Positions 49,893 to 59,246 of a DNA stretch of 64,000 nt are shown here, in pieces. The notes below the pieces were generated by a model, which was not told the origin of the DNA, searched no databases, and saw only the letters and a program-made list of their open reading frames with translations. Numbering within the stretch: position 1 is the stretch's first letter; every line of letters starts with the position of its first letter. The DNA comes from Candidatus Latescibacterota bacterium (GTDB lineage: Bacteria; Latescibacterota; UBA2968; SICM01), in assembly GCA_965217865.1 (NCBI GenBank), contig CBDCJO010000002.1:5344001-5408000 (forward strand). Direction: 5' to 3'. Both the position numbers and the translations under genes were made by a program.

Positions 49893-50418
49893 ACTCTTTA
49901 ACCTTATCGACCCACCAAACCCATAGGAAAAGGGCGTATCCGGCGCCGATCATGACAAGAATAAACCTGTGAAACAGGGGTATATAATCGGGTGCGGAAA
50001 TCGCGATCGCGCCCATGAAAACCAGGCGGACCGTGCCGAAAGCAAAAAAGGCCGGGATCCCGATCGCGAGGCCTCGAAGTTTCCGATTGATCGGCGCTGG
50101 ATAAGCCAACACGCCGGCGGCGAAGATCAAACAGGTGAATAAACCCGTACAACTATGTGTGATCCTGTGTGTTACACCGGCGAGGACGACATCGCAGAAC
50201 CCGAATGCGAGATTTGTCAGGTCCAGGGGGGCCTTCACCCCAAAATATTCAAGCAAACCTGAGACCATTAGAGAGATCGGTCTCAAGTAGAGAGCGGAAA
50301 AAACTCCCTCGAAACTGTTGAAGATCAGCGCAAAAACAGCAATATAACCGATGAAGGAGAGGGCGAACCTCACCGGCCTCGAATTGCGGAGCGTCCCTTT
50401 AAGCATCGCAGTTCCCAC
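49864..50418 (-). CDS. Exosortase/archaeosortase family transpeptidase (exosortase H-like)
   Basis: Multi-TM; ITHSCTG (Cys), GVLAYP, GTVR (Arg), LFH (His) triad. Confidence 0.85.
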   Translation of the reverse strand: MGTAMLKGTLRNSRPVRFALSFIGYIAVFALIFNSFEGVFSALYLRPISLMVSGLLEYFGVKAPLDLTNLAFGFCDVVLAGVTHRITHSCTGLFTCLIFAAGVLAYPAPINRKLRGLAIGIPAFFAFGTVRLVFMGAIAISAPDYIPLFHRFILVMIGAGYALFLWVWWVDKVKEYERTDTLSA

Positions 50419-50465
50419 CCAAATTTAATTGCCATCCCTGAAGAACCCTTTTATCTGTGTTCGAA

Positions 50466-50492
50466 ATATCGGAAGATATTGAAAACGCTTGA
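50466..50492 (-). promoter_or_regulatory. Sigma-28-type promoter of the exosortase operon
   Basis: TCAA-N15-TCCGATAT on the minus strand. Confidence 0.55.
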
Positions 50493-50509
50493 GGATAAAT
50501 CGGATTATT

Positions 50510-50525
50510 TGTGATCTTGCTCACA
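50510..50525. promoter_or_regulatory. CRP/FNR-family binding box
   Basis: TGTGA-TCTTGC-TCACA, perfect CRP core. Confidence 0.55.
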
Positions 50526-50743
50526 CCTTTTCGAAGGTTTAATCGGAATTGATCGATAGGAACCTTTTCTCAATTTCAATATAGTTTCGAACACAAAAAA
50601 ATCAATGACATAGTCCTTAAAATATTCCCGTCAGGTAACCGGGTATAAAACAGCCCTTTTCTTGAAACTCGGTTGGATTTGTGCGCATGGGGAAAAAATG
50701 GGTTGTTTCGCGGGGAGGTGTTGATTTTTAAGGTGAATATTTC

Positions 50744-50772
50744 TTGACACGCAGTCGATCATGTAATATAAT
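50744..50772 (+). promoter_or_regulatory. Perfect consensus sigma-70 promoter
   Basis: TTGACA-N17-TATAAT. Confidence 0.8.
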
Positions 50773-50858
50773 AATATACTGGATAGTCGCTTTTTGTCGG
50801 AACGACACCGATCTGATGTCGGCAGCTGAAATTAGACTTCGTAGGAGCATAATTTCGA

Positions 50859-53164
50859 ATGCCCGATGATGCGAAAAATAAATTGGCAGGGATGATCGCC
50901 CTGAAACAGGATTCGGTGGTCAAATCTCCTCCCAAACCTGCAAAGCCCAAAGCCCCCCCGCCGCCCAGAGGGGCTGATAAAAATCGGTGCAGCCATGGGA
51001 AAAGTGACCAGGGTCCAAGGTTCGGGTTCTGTGAAGTCCGCGGCGCCCAGGTCCCTGGGTACCGGCGCTGCATCGGTCGGTTCGAAACCTGCGACACCTT
51101 CGGCCCCAACCAAGGCCAAGGTAAAGAAGAAAAAGGTCAAGGTTAAGAAGAAGGTCAAGGTTAAAAAGAAGAAAGCCCAAAAACCTCCTGGACCGGGTAT
51201 ATTAACCTTGGTGATGGGCAAGTTCAGCAGCTACGTTCAGGAAGAGGTCCCAGGAGATCAAACAGGAGATTAAGGCCAAAAATCTCTTCAAGCCTATCAA
51301 AGATGGATTTGGTTCGGTGCTGAAGGGGGCTTCCCACGTCAAGAAACAGATCTCGGGAGACATTTCCCTTGAGGATGATACCCTCGCAATCCCCAAAGGG
51401 ACCCAGCGTGCCGGCGGTTCGGGAGGACCCAACAGATCCAACCAGAATGAGGAGCTCCAAACCGTTGTCGACGAACAAAAGCAGACCGAAGAATTTGGAT
51501 CTGCTTTCGAGAAGCTGGGTTCTATGCGGCAGCGGGATTCCCGTAAAACCCCTGCGGCCGAAATAGCGGAAGCTGAAGCCAATGCTGAAACACCCGAATT
51601 GGAACCTTCAACGATCAGCTCGGAGGAGGTACCCACACCCGCTGGGTCCGGAGAGGCTGTCCCACTTGTGGACGATCCGGGGGGGGACTCGATCGGGGAG
51701 CCTCAAAGTGCGGATTCTGTCCCCCTTGCCCAAACGACCGAGGAAGACCAGATGGGGAAGGCCATGGAACAACTGGGTTCCATGGCGACCCGGGATGCGA
51801 AACGTCAGGAGAAGGAGCCTGAGCCAGCAGCCATGCTTCAGGAATCCCCACCGGATGTCCAAACTGAAACTTCAGCGGCCCCGCAGGAATCCGATTCAGA
51901 ACCGGCCCCTCCTTCGGGGGAACCCATGGGGGATGTTGCGTCGTCTGCGGTTCAGACCGAAACCGGTACAAGTGATGAGGCTCCACAATCTCAAAGGGAA
52001 GCGGTCCCACAGTCTTCAAGCGATAAGACCCCACCCGCACAACAACCTTCCCGGCAACCGGCTAAAACGATGAGGCGCAAGGGTGGAGCGGCCCCTCGGA
52101 AGTCAAATAAAACCGAACTATATATCAAATCCATAAAGTCGCTGCAGGTGCTGTTTGGAAATCAGATGTGGCGGGGTGTTATCGTAGATCCCGAACAGGA
52201 TCCAAAGCAGTTATATACGCCAAGGTCGGCCTTCGAAGAAAGGTTTGTAGAAGTCGAATTTCGGAACGCCATGAAGGCGGCAACCCGGGTTGTCGCGGGA
52301 TTCGGCGGTCAGATCCGAGAGCTGCGGTTCGATGAGCGCACGATAGCCGATGCGGTGGGTTTCCCATTTCCGAAGGTGGGTGGAATTGAGAACCCGGATG
52401 AACGCCAGATTGCGGAGAAGTGTGACAAGAAAATGTCGAAGCGGATCGAACAGTTCGCCACGTCCGACGAAGTCAAACGGCTGTTGATGCATACCGGGAG
52501 CCGGCTTGGCACCTTCGTCCCCGGCCTGGAGATTATCGCCCGGATCTATTTGGGTTTAAAAAAGGGGGGCGATATGGACCCCCAGGTCCGTGCGAACATC
52601 CAGAAAGATGTCGTATTCAAATACCAAAAGGCTTATTTTGCTGAGGACGCGGCTCGAAAAGCCCGCAATACTGCCCTTCGGTTCTTCTTCGAGCATCTTA
52701 TCGATTATGGTCTGGAGGTCTATAAGGAGCGGAAAACGACCATCCTCGAGACAAAAACCCAGGAGATGGATGTGGAAAACCGCCTGGAGAGTCTTCAGGA
52801 GGTGTGTGGGAATCTCGCGGCCGAAAGAGCCTCCAAAGCGGTGCTTTCCGCGGCTGTCATTGTGGAGTTAAGGGAACACATCAGGAGCGCGATCTCAGAT
52901 TTTGAGAAGGGGATTGATAGAACTGATTCGACCGATGGGATGATGTCTGAGGAGGAGGGGGAAGGGGAACATAAAAAAGGATCGGACGAACAAAAGATAG
53001 AAGGCACCCCGGAAAAGCTCGAGGCGAAGGCCGACGGGGCGATGTCCGGCGAGGGCGAGGAGGAGGAACCAGAGAACGGCCAAAAGCCGGAAGATGGGAC
53101 CGGAGAAACGGGAGAAGGTGTTTCCGCGGATGGTGTCGCGATGTCCGGGCAAGCTCAAACCTGA
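50859..53164 (+). pseudogene. Large, largely disordered hypothetical protein split by two +1 frameshifts (~50981, ~51241)
   Basis: ORFs 50859..51146, 50995..51273 and 51317..53164 join: ...PRGADK | IGAAMGKV...SSYVQ | KRSQEIKQEIKAK...VLKGASH. Confidence 0.6.
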
Positions 53165-53173
53165 TCTGACACC

Positions 53174-53202
53174 TTGACTTCTCGGCCGAAATTTCCTACA
53201 TT
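53174..53202 (+). promoter_or_regulatory. Sigma-70-type promoter of greA
   Basis: TTGACT-N17-TACATT. Confidence 0.65.
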
Positions 53203-53220
53203 CAATTTGTGATTTAGTCC

Positions 53221-53270
53221 AAGACGAGGGCCATCTGCCGCCGCGCAGATGGGTTTCGTCTTTTTGTTTT
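53221..53270 (+). terminator. Intrinsic terminator in the greA leader (attenuator-like)
   Basis: AAGACGAG-GG-CCATCTGC / GCAGATGG-GT-TTCGTCTT stem plus TTTGTTTT. Confidence 0.7.
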
Positions 53271-53328
53271 CGCCCGGGCGTTTGAAGAGGCCGACTATCC
53301 TTAATCATACATAAGGGGCATGGCATAG

Positions 53329-53805
53329 ATGTCTACACATAGTTTCATCACTCGAGAGGGTTATGAAAAGGTTGCCAAGGAGTTAAATCATTTCCAGGCC
53401 GTCGAACGACCGGCAGTGATAAAGGCCCTGACTCACGCCCGCAGCTTCGGAGACCTGTCCGAAAATGCCGAGTACGCCGCGGCCAAAGAGCGGCAGTTGC
53501 GGATCGAGTCAAAGATTAAGAACCTTTCGGAGAAGCTGGCCTCTTTGATGATTATCGATGAGTCCATGATGCCGGAAGGCAAGGCCTATCTGGGGACTGT
53601 TGTGAAACTCAAAGACAACAAGACAGGGGAAGAAATCACTTATCGCCTTGTATCCACTGTGGAAGCCGATTTCAACGAGAACAAAATTTCAACAGAATCT
53701 CCCGTGGGCAATGCCCTGCTGGGTAAAATGGCGGGAGAGACCGTTGAGATCACCGTACCTGCTGGGAAGCTGTCATATGAAATCCTGGATATATCAAGGG
53801 AATAG
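53329..53805 (+). CDS. greA: Transcription elongation factor GreA
   Basis: ITREG, ARSFGDLSENAEY.AAKE, IS.ESPVG.ALLG and PAG motifs. Confidence 0.97.
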   Translation: MSTHSFITREGYEKVAKELNHFQAVERPAVIKALTHARSFGDLSENAEYAAAKERQLRIESKIKNLSEKLASLMIIDESMMPEGKAYLGTVVKLKDNKTGEEITYRLVSTVEADFNENKISTESPVGNALLGKMAGETVEITVPAGKLSYEILDISRE

Positions 53806-54125
53806 GATTCTTTTCCGCGCTTAGAACCAACCCAGCGATAGGTGAGGCTCGCCAGAATTTCAATTGCAATAATCACAAATACTTATCTTCCTTATCGGAA
53901 GGGGCAAGCCCTTTTTTTTTTACTCAATATCCCCTTTATACCCAAAGGACTTGACATCGATCTCCTTTAAGTTTATCTTGGATCTTGTTTTAGAATACCT
54001 TTATCCCTTTTGTGTTCGAATATTCCCTTTAAAGTGTTAAGCGACAACGTGTTTTATTAGATCCGGAATGTAGACCGCCCCTATTTCACAACATCGTGGA
54101 AATGGATTCATAAGGGGAGTTCAAA

Positions 54126-55124
54126 ATGGCAAAACCGTCGCTCCAAGAGATTGAAATCGCCCCGGATATTAAGGGGATCAGATTCGATATAAACCCATTC
54201 TCGCTCTGCATCGCCCCTTCCCTGGGCGGAAAAATAACCTCCTTGATCTACAAAAAAACCGGAAAGGAATTTTTATCCAGGACGAGAACAGACTATAAGA
54301 CAAGGGACTATGACGGAAATTTCAAGGATTATGAGAGAGATGGGGCCGATGAGTGTTTTCCGGCAGTGGAAGCCGGTGCGTACCCGACATATCCTTGGAA
54401 AGGGACACATGTGCCGGATCACGGTGAAGTCTGGACGCTCCCGTGGGAATATCAGTTAAAACAGAACCGCCTCCACATGTCGGTACAGGGAGTGCGATTC
54501 CCCTACATTCTGGAACGAAAGATCTCCTGTGAAGAACTTGCTCGAAAGAGCGCCCCTTATCTCCGGCTATCATATACGCTTCGGAACCTCAGTCCTTATC
54601 CGTTTTCTTTCATCTATGCCTTCCATCCCCTGTTTCAAGTTCAATCCGGCTGTCAGATCGTGTTGCCGGATGACACCAAAGTCGTAAACTATTGGAGCAC
54701 GGAGGATCGGCTGGGCCGTCCCATGCAGGAGCAGCCGTGGCCGGATGTGAGGGACGTGACCCTCGACAAAAATTATCAACGTAACATCATCCGCTCTTCC
54801 AGACTCAAACGGGCAGAGAAGCTGTTTACGACCCGGCTCAACCAGGGCCGTTGTGCCTTACGATATCCAAGCGGCGAATTTATCGGATTCCTTTTCCCAG
54901 CGGGGAAACTTCCTTATCTCGGCATCTGGATCAATGAGGGGGCCTGGGAAAATCTCTACCACGTGTCCCTGCAACCGAGCACATCACAGGTGGATCGGTT
55001 GGACATCGCAGAAGGATTAAAGAACTGCGGTGTGGTTCCCCCCAAAGGGACGACCGAATGGGACATCAGTGTTATCATCGGGCAAGGGGCGGAGGAGATG
55101 GAGGATATGCTAGGTTTGTTCTAA
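54126..55124 (+). CDS. Galactose-mutarotase-like (aldose 1-epimerase fold) protein
   Basis: GGKITSL, DECFP, PDHGEVW, YAFHP and PYLGIW motifs. Confidence 0.8.
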   Translation: MAKPSLQEIEIAPDIKGIRFDINPFSLCIAPSLGGKITSLIYKKTGKEFLSRTRTDYKTRDYDGNFKDYERDGADECFPAVEAGAYPTYPWKGTHVPDHGEVWTLPWEYQLKQNRLHMSVQGVRFPYILERKISCEELARKSAPYLRLSYTLRNLSPYPFSFIYAFHPLFQVQSGCQIVLPDDTKVVNYWSTEDRLGRPMQEQPWPDVRDVTLDKNYQRNIIRSSRLKRAEKLFTTRLNQGRCALRYPSGEFIGFLFPAGKLPYLGIWINEGAWENLYHVSLQPSTSQVDRLDIAEGLKNCGVVPPKGTTEWDISVIIGQGAEEMEDMLGLF

Positions 55125-55379
55125 ATGATCTCCTTTCCGCAGTCCGTGCCGTGTCTTCGAAAGCTCATCGCATCTGCGCAGGAACTTAATCCGCACCCCT
55201 TAGACCATATTCCCTGTTCCAAATAAAGCGCCTTAAGACAACCGTCCCGGATGGCCTTGGAAGGGAAAGCACTTTGTCCGGTGGTGTATAGAACTTATAA
55301 AGAACATTTCCATGCATTATTTATTATGAATGTCCCTCTCTGATCAGGAATCGTATTCTAAGAAAGGCGGTGATTATCT

Positions 55380-55550
55380 GTGGCACAGCCTACAACAAAA
55401 AATCCCAAAGAGATCACCCTTTACATTCGGGTCGATTCTGGGCTCAAAAAACACCTTGAAAGGAAAGCGGACGAAATCGGGTTAAAGGTGTCCAGCTATG
55501 CCCGTATGAAGCTTGTGGAGGTTTCCGGTTATAAGAAAAACACCCTGTGA
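55380..55550 (+). CDS. Ribbon-helix-helix (CopG/Arc-like) DNA-binding protein, 56 aa, absent from the ORF track
   Basis: GTG start after AAGGCGG; MAQPTTKNPKEITLYIRVDSGLKKHLERKADEIGLKVSSYARMKLVEVSGYKKNTL. Confidence 0.7.
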   Translation: MAQPTTKNPKEITLYIRVDSGLKKHLERKADEIGLKVSSYARMKLVEVSGYKKNTL

Positions 55551-55581
55551 CGTTGGGCCTTATAAGGTGAAGGATGTATTC

Positions 55582-57093
55582 ATGGACAATAAGCAAATAA
55601 AGGCGCCAAAGCCGGTGGTTTTAAGAACGAAAGTAATCCTTCTGTTTTCTCTCGCGGGGTTTCTGTCGTTTGCGTGTGGTGCGAAAGTGGATTCAGAAAC
55701 CGCTTTTCAGCAGGCCATATCCGCTATAAGAAGCATCGCAGGTGATCCTCTTCACCCGAACGCGCAGGGACAGGCTGTCGAAGCTCTCGGAATCCTTAAA
55801 GACACATCGGATCTGCCCCGGTTGGGGGATGTTCTCAGGCACGGCCGTGACGATCTCTCCTTCAAGGCCGCAAAGGCAATCGGCCAGATCGGAGGGTCTG
55901 AGGCGATTGACCTGCTTAAAGGGGTGAAAGACAGTCTCAATAATCCTATGGTCAGGGCACAGGTCCTGGTCAGCCTTCATAAACTGGGCGATAACCTTGC
56001 GGTCGAAGAGCTCAAAACCGGGTCAACTACAAAAGATCCGATGTGGAAGTCCAGCGCCATATCCGCCCTCGGAAAAGTGGGGTACATCCCGGCTGTCGAC
56101 CATTTTGTCGAGATCCTCCGGAAGGATGAGAACTTTCTGCTCAGGTCAAGCGCAGCCACCGCACTGGGCCGATTGCGGGCTGAATCCGCCACGCGAGCTC
56201 TTGCGGAAGCCGTACGGAAGGACAAGGAGGAGATCGTCTGCGTAGCGAGCGTCGGGGCCCTTGCCCGGATCGGGACTCCTGCAGCGATATCGGCTCTCGA
56301 AGACGCCCTTGTCGAAGATCCAAACTTTCAGATACGGAGCAGCATCATCGACAATCTCGAAAAGCTCAAGGGGGGACAAAGGATTTTCCCCATGGTCCGT
56401 TCGAGGTTTGCCAAAAGGGGAGATAAGTTCGATCGCTACCTCGCTGCGGAAGCCATTGGACGACTCGGCGACAAGGAGGCCATTCCGCTTTTGAAAAGCG
56501 TCCTCCGAGCGGACCCCAGTCCGGAGATTAAGCTAATCGCCGCTCAGGCACTGGTCCGTCTGGAAGGGTCTTCATCGGCATTTGCCAGAATAGAAAACAT
56601 CCTCACGGAGGACAATAAAAAGGCCTTACGGGTCCGGGCGGCAGAAATTCTTTCGGATTATCCTGAACCTTCGACTTTGCTTCTGTTCAAACGTTTGGTC
56701 ACGAAAGACAGGGAATCGGATGTCCGGGTGGCCGCTGCGCAGGCTCTCGGACGGATCGGGGTCCCGGGTGGGATCGTAGCTCTTGAGATCGCCCTAAAGT
56801 ATGATACACACGAACTGGTCCGCATGACTGCGGTGGGGGCGCTCGGGTCGATATCTCACGACAAAGCCGAAGCCCTCGTCGCAGAGGCGCTCCTGGACTT
56901 GAGTCAGACGGTGGAAGTCCGTGCTGCGGCTGCGCGTGCGCTCCGAACCAGATCGAGTTCGGATGCCATTGGACCGCTCTTTGAGGCGCTTAAGGACCCG
57001 GACCCGTTCGTCCGTCTGGAGGCGGCAATCGGAGTGATCAGGCTGACAAAAGGGATAGAAATAGGCGGGAAAATTGAGGACCCAGAGGTTTGA
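55582..57093 (+). CDS. HEAT-repeat (PBS lyase-like) protein, probable lipoprotein
   Basis: Hydrophobic signal ending SFAC; many VR..AA.ALG.IG repeats. Confidence 0.88.
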   Translation: MDNKQIKAPKPVVLRTKVILLFSLAGFLSFACGAKVDSETAFQQAISAIRSIAGDPLHPNAQGQAVEALGILKDTSDLPRLGDVLRHGRDDLSFKAAKAIGQIGGSEAIDLLKGVKDSLNNPMVRAQVLVSLHKLGDNLAVEELKTGSTTKDPMWKSSAISALGKVGYIPAVDHFVEILRKDENFLLRSSAATALGRLRAESATRALAEAVRKDKEEIVCVASVGALARIGTPAAISALEDALVEDPNFQIRSSIIDNLEKLKGGQRIFPMVRSRFAKRGDKFDRYLAAEAIGRLGDKEAIPLLKSVLRADPSPEIKLIAAQALVRLEGSSSAFARIENILTEDNKKALRVRAAEILSDYPEPSTLLLFKRLVTKDRESDVRVAAAQALGRIGVPGGIVALEIALKYDTHELVRMTAVGALGSISHDKAEALVAEALLDLSQTVEVRAAAARALRTRSSSDAIGPLFEALKDPDPFVRLEAAIGVIRLTKGIEIGGKIEDPEV

Positions 57094-57099
57094 GCGGGA

Positions 57100-58018
57100 T
57101 TATGGAATCAGGGTAAAGGCCCTGGCGGCCAGTATATTGGCCTGTGCGAAGATGGCCAGCCCGGATTGAGAGAGGATCTGATCTCGCGTAAATCTGGAAA
57201 CCTCTTCCGCAAAATCCGCATCCCGGATGGCAGATTCGGTGGCCTGATTGTTCTCCAGGGCCTGACCGTTGACCTGAATGTTGAACGTCAGCCGATTCTG
57301 TATCGCCCCAAGGCTTCCCCGCTCGGAGGAAACCCGGTTGATGGCGGAATCGATGGAACTGATCGCTCCCTGAGATGCGGATTGAGAAGCGACATTTGTG
57401 GATCCCAGATTTAATACGGTTCCAGAGGTTCTGAGAGACCGTCCCGTTCCCAAGGGTGACCAGATTGTCCGCTGAAGATGTGTCGATAAAGGTGTAGGTG
57501 CCCACGGTGGCACCGGAAACTTGGGCCCCGGTGACCCCCGTCGTTGCGGATACAAGGACCGTGGACGCGGTTGTACTTTCGCTGATGGTGTTTCCGAATC
57601 CGGTGAGGAGGGTCGTGTCGTTATAGCTTGTGACGCTGGCGATGCGGTCGATCTCCTGGGATAACTGACTGAATTCAGAATTAAGGGATTGGCGGTTGTT
57701 GTCTGAGATGGTGGAAGAGGCCGACTGGACCGCGAGTTCCCGCATTCGGATGAGTATACCATTGACCTCGTTGAGGCCTCCCTCAGCGGTCTGAACCAGA
57801 TTGATGGCCTGCTCCGCGTTGCGGATCCCCTGCGCGAACCCGTTCACCTGTCCACGGATCCGTTCGGAGATGGCAAGGCCTGCGGCATCATCCGCGGCGC
57901 GGTTCAGCCGGAGACCTGAGGCGAGACGTTCGATTCGCCTGGTCAGATCCGAGTTGGTCAATCGCAGGTGGCGTTGCGTATTGATCGCAATGATGTTGTT
58001 GTTGATTCGGAGTGGCAT
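57100..58018 (-). pseudogene. fliC: Flagellin with internal deletion and frameshift at ~57430
   Basis: MPLRINNN...SGLRLNRAADDAAGLAISE...QTAEG N-terminus; RGSLGAIQNRL...IRDADFAEE...QAN C-terminus in another frame. Confidence 0.92.
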
Positions 58019-58094
58019 AACGCTAAACAGGAAACATCCAGGGGCCGAGAAAAACCCGAGTGGCAGATTCGGGTGTTTGCCGGGACTACGACTA

Positions 58095-58122
58095 ATATCG
58101 GCATTCCTTGAGCAAAAATTCA
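58095..58122 (-). promoter_or_regulatory. Sigma-28-type promoter of flagellin
   Basis: GCCGATAT -10 element; weak TGAA -35 at 16-nt spacing. Confidence 0.55.
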
Positions 58123-58245
58123 ATAAAAAAACTAAAGATATTATAACCTATTGATTATTAGTGTGTAACAAGGATAAAGCCTCTCCCGGACGGATGTCTG
58201 AAATCCCGTAAATCATCATATCCTGATTACTGTCAAGGATTTGTA

Positions 58246-59244
58246 ATGGCTTCGATACTGGTGATCGACGTAAACCCCCGTAACCGGAAACAGGTCGAAG
58301 GCATATTGCGGCTTCGGACGAACCACACGGTTTCCATGGCCGAAGACGGCATTCAGGCCTTCGAACGGCTGGAGAAGGATGGCCTGCCGGATCTGATCAT
58401 GATGGATCTTTTCTTGCCGCGGATCAACGGATTTCACGTGTATAAGGTTCTCAAAGAGAAAGAGGCCACGGCCGGCATTCCGATCATTCTTTCAACCTCC
58501 GTCGACCTGGATCCCGTAACCGAAGCGAGGGTGGGGCAGCTTAAACTGGACGGCCGGGTGCAAATGCCCGTGAGCGCATCGGAAATCGTCGAGTTGATAT
58601 CGTTGGTCCTCATTCGTAAGAAGGAAGTCAAGGAGATCCAGAAGGAACCGATCGATGGCGGACCCGAGGGGGTGTCCAGGGTGATCTGGCCACGGGTAGA
58701 ACGTCCGGATCCGACACCTCTGGAGAAATATCGATCGGAGATTCCGGAGGCAGAAAAAAAGGAGGTCAGGCAGGTCGTGTGGCCCAAAGCGGGGTCGAGA
58801 GGGGATCCGGGGGTGCGCGGTCAGGATGCCCCTCTTACCGGGGAAAAGGACAGGAATCCATTCCAACCATCAACCCCTTTGTCCGGTCGTGATCTTCGGG
58901 CACAGTTGGCCAAACAAGCGACTCAAAAACCGGGTTTGGATCCGGGCGATAAACCATTTGGGTCAACCGACAATGAGATTAAAAAACGGAGGGTGAAACG
59001 GGGCGGTCGGGGTCCCTCCCCCGATAAGGATCAGGAGAAAAACGCGATACAATCAGAACGTGCCAAGGCCTTGCTCAAGTTGGCCAAGTCCGGAAAACCC
59101 AGTGTTCGGGATGCAAAACAATTTCAGCCCTTTCCAATGGTCCAGGCAGACCCGGACAAAGTCGTCAATTTCACGAAAAAGGGGGAAAAGGAGGGGGAAA
59201 AAGGAGAAGGTCCCGAGAAGGGAGATAAGGGGGCTCGTCGCTGA
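58246..59244 (+). CDS. Response regulator with long disordered C-terminal tail
   Basis: ILVID, PDLIMMDLFLP.INGF and IPII receiver motifs. Confidence 0.8.
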   Translation: MASILVIDVNPRNRKQVEGILRLRTNHTVSMAEDGIQAFERLEKDGLPDLIMMDLFLPRINGFHVYKVLKEKEATAGIPIILSTSVDLDPVTEARVGQLKLDGRVQMPVSASEIVELISLVLIRKKEVKEIQKEPIDGGPEGVSRVIWPRVERPDPTPLEKYRSEIPEAEKKEVRQVVWPKAGSRGDPGVRGQDAPLTGEKDRNPFQPSTPLSGRDLRAQLAKQATQKPGLDPGDKPFGSTDNEIKKRRVKRGGRGPSPDKDQEKNAIQSERAKALLKLAKSGKPSVRDAKQFQPFPMVQADPDKVVNFTKKGEKEGEKGEGPEKGDKGARR

Positions 59245-59246
59245 AG

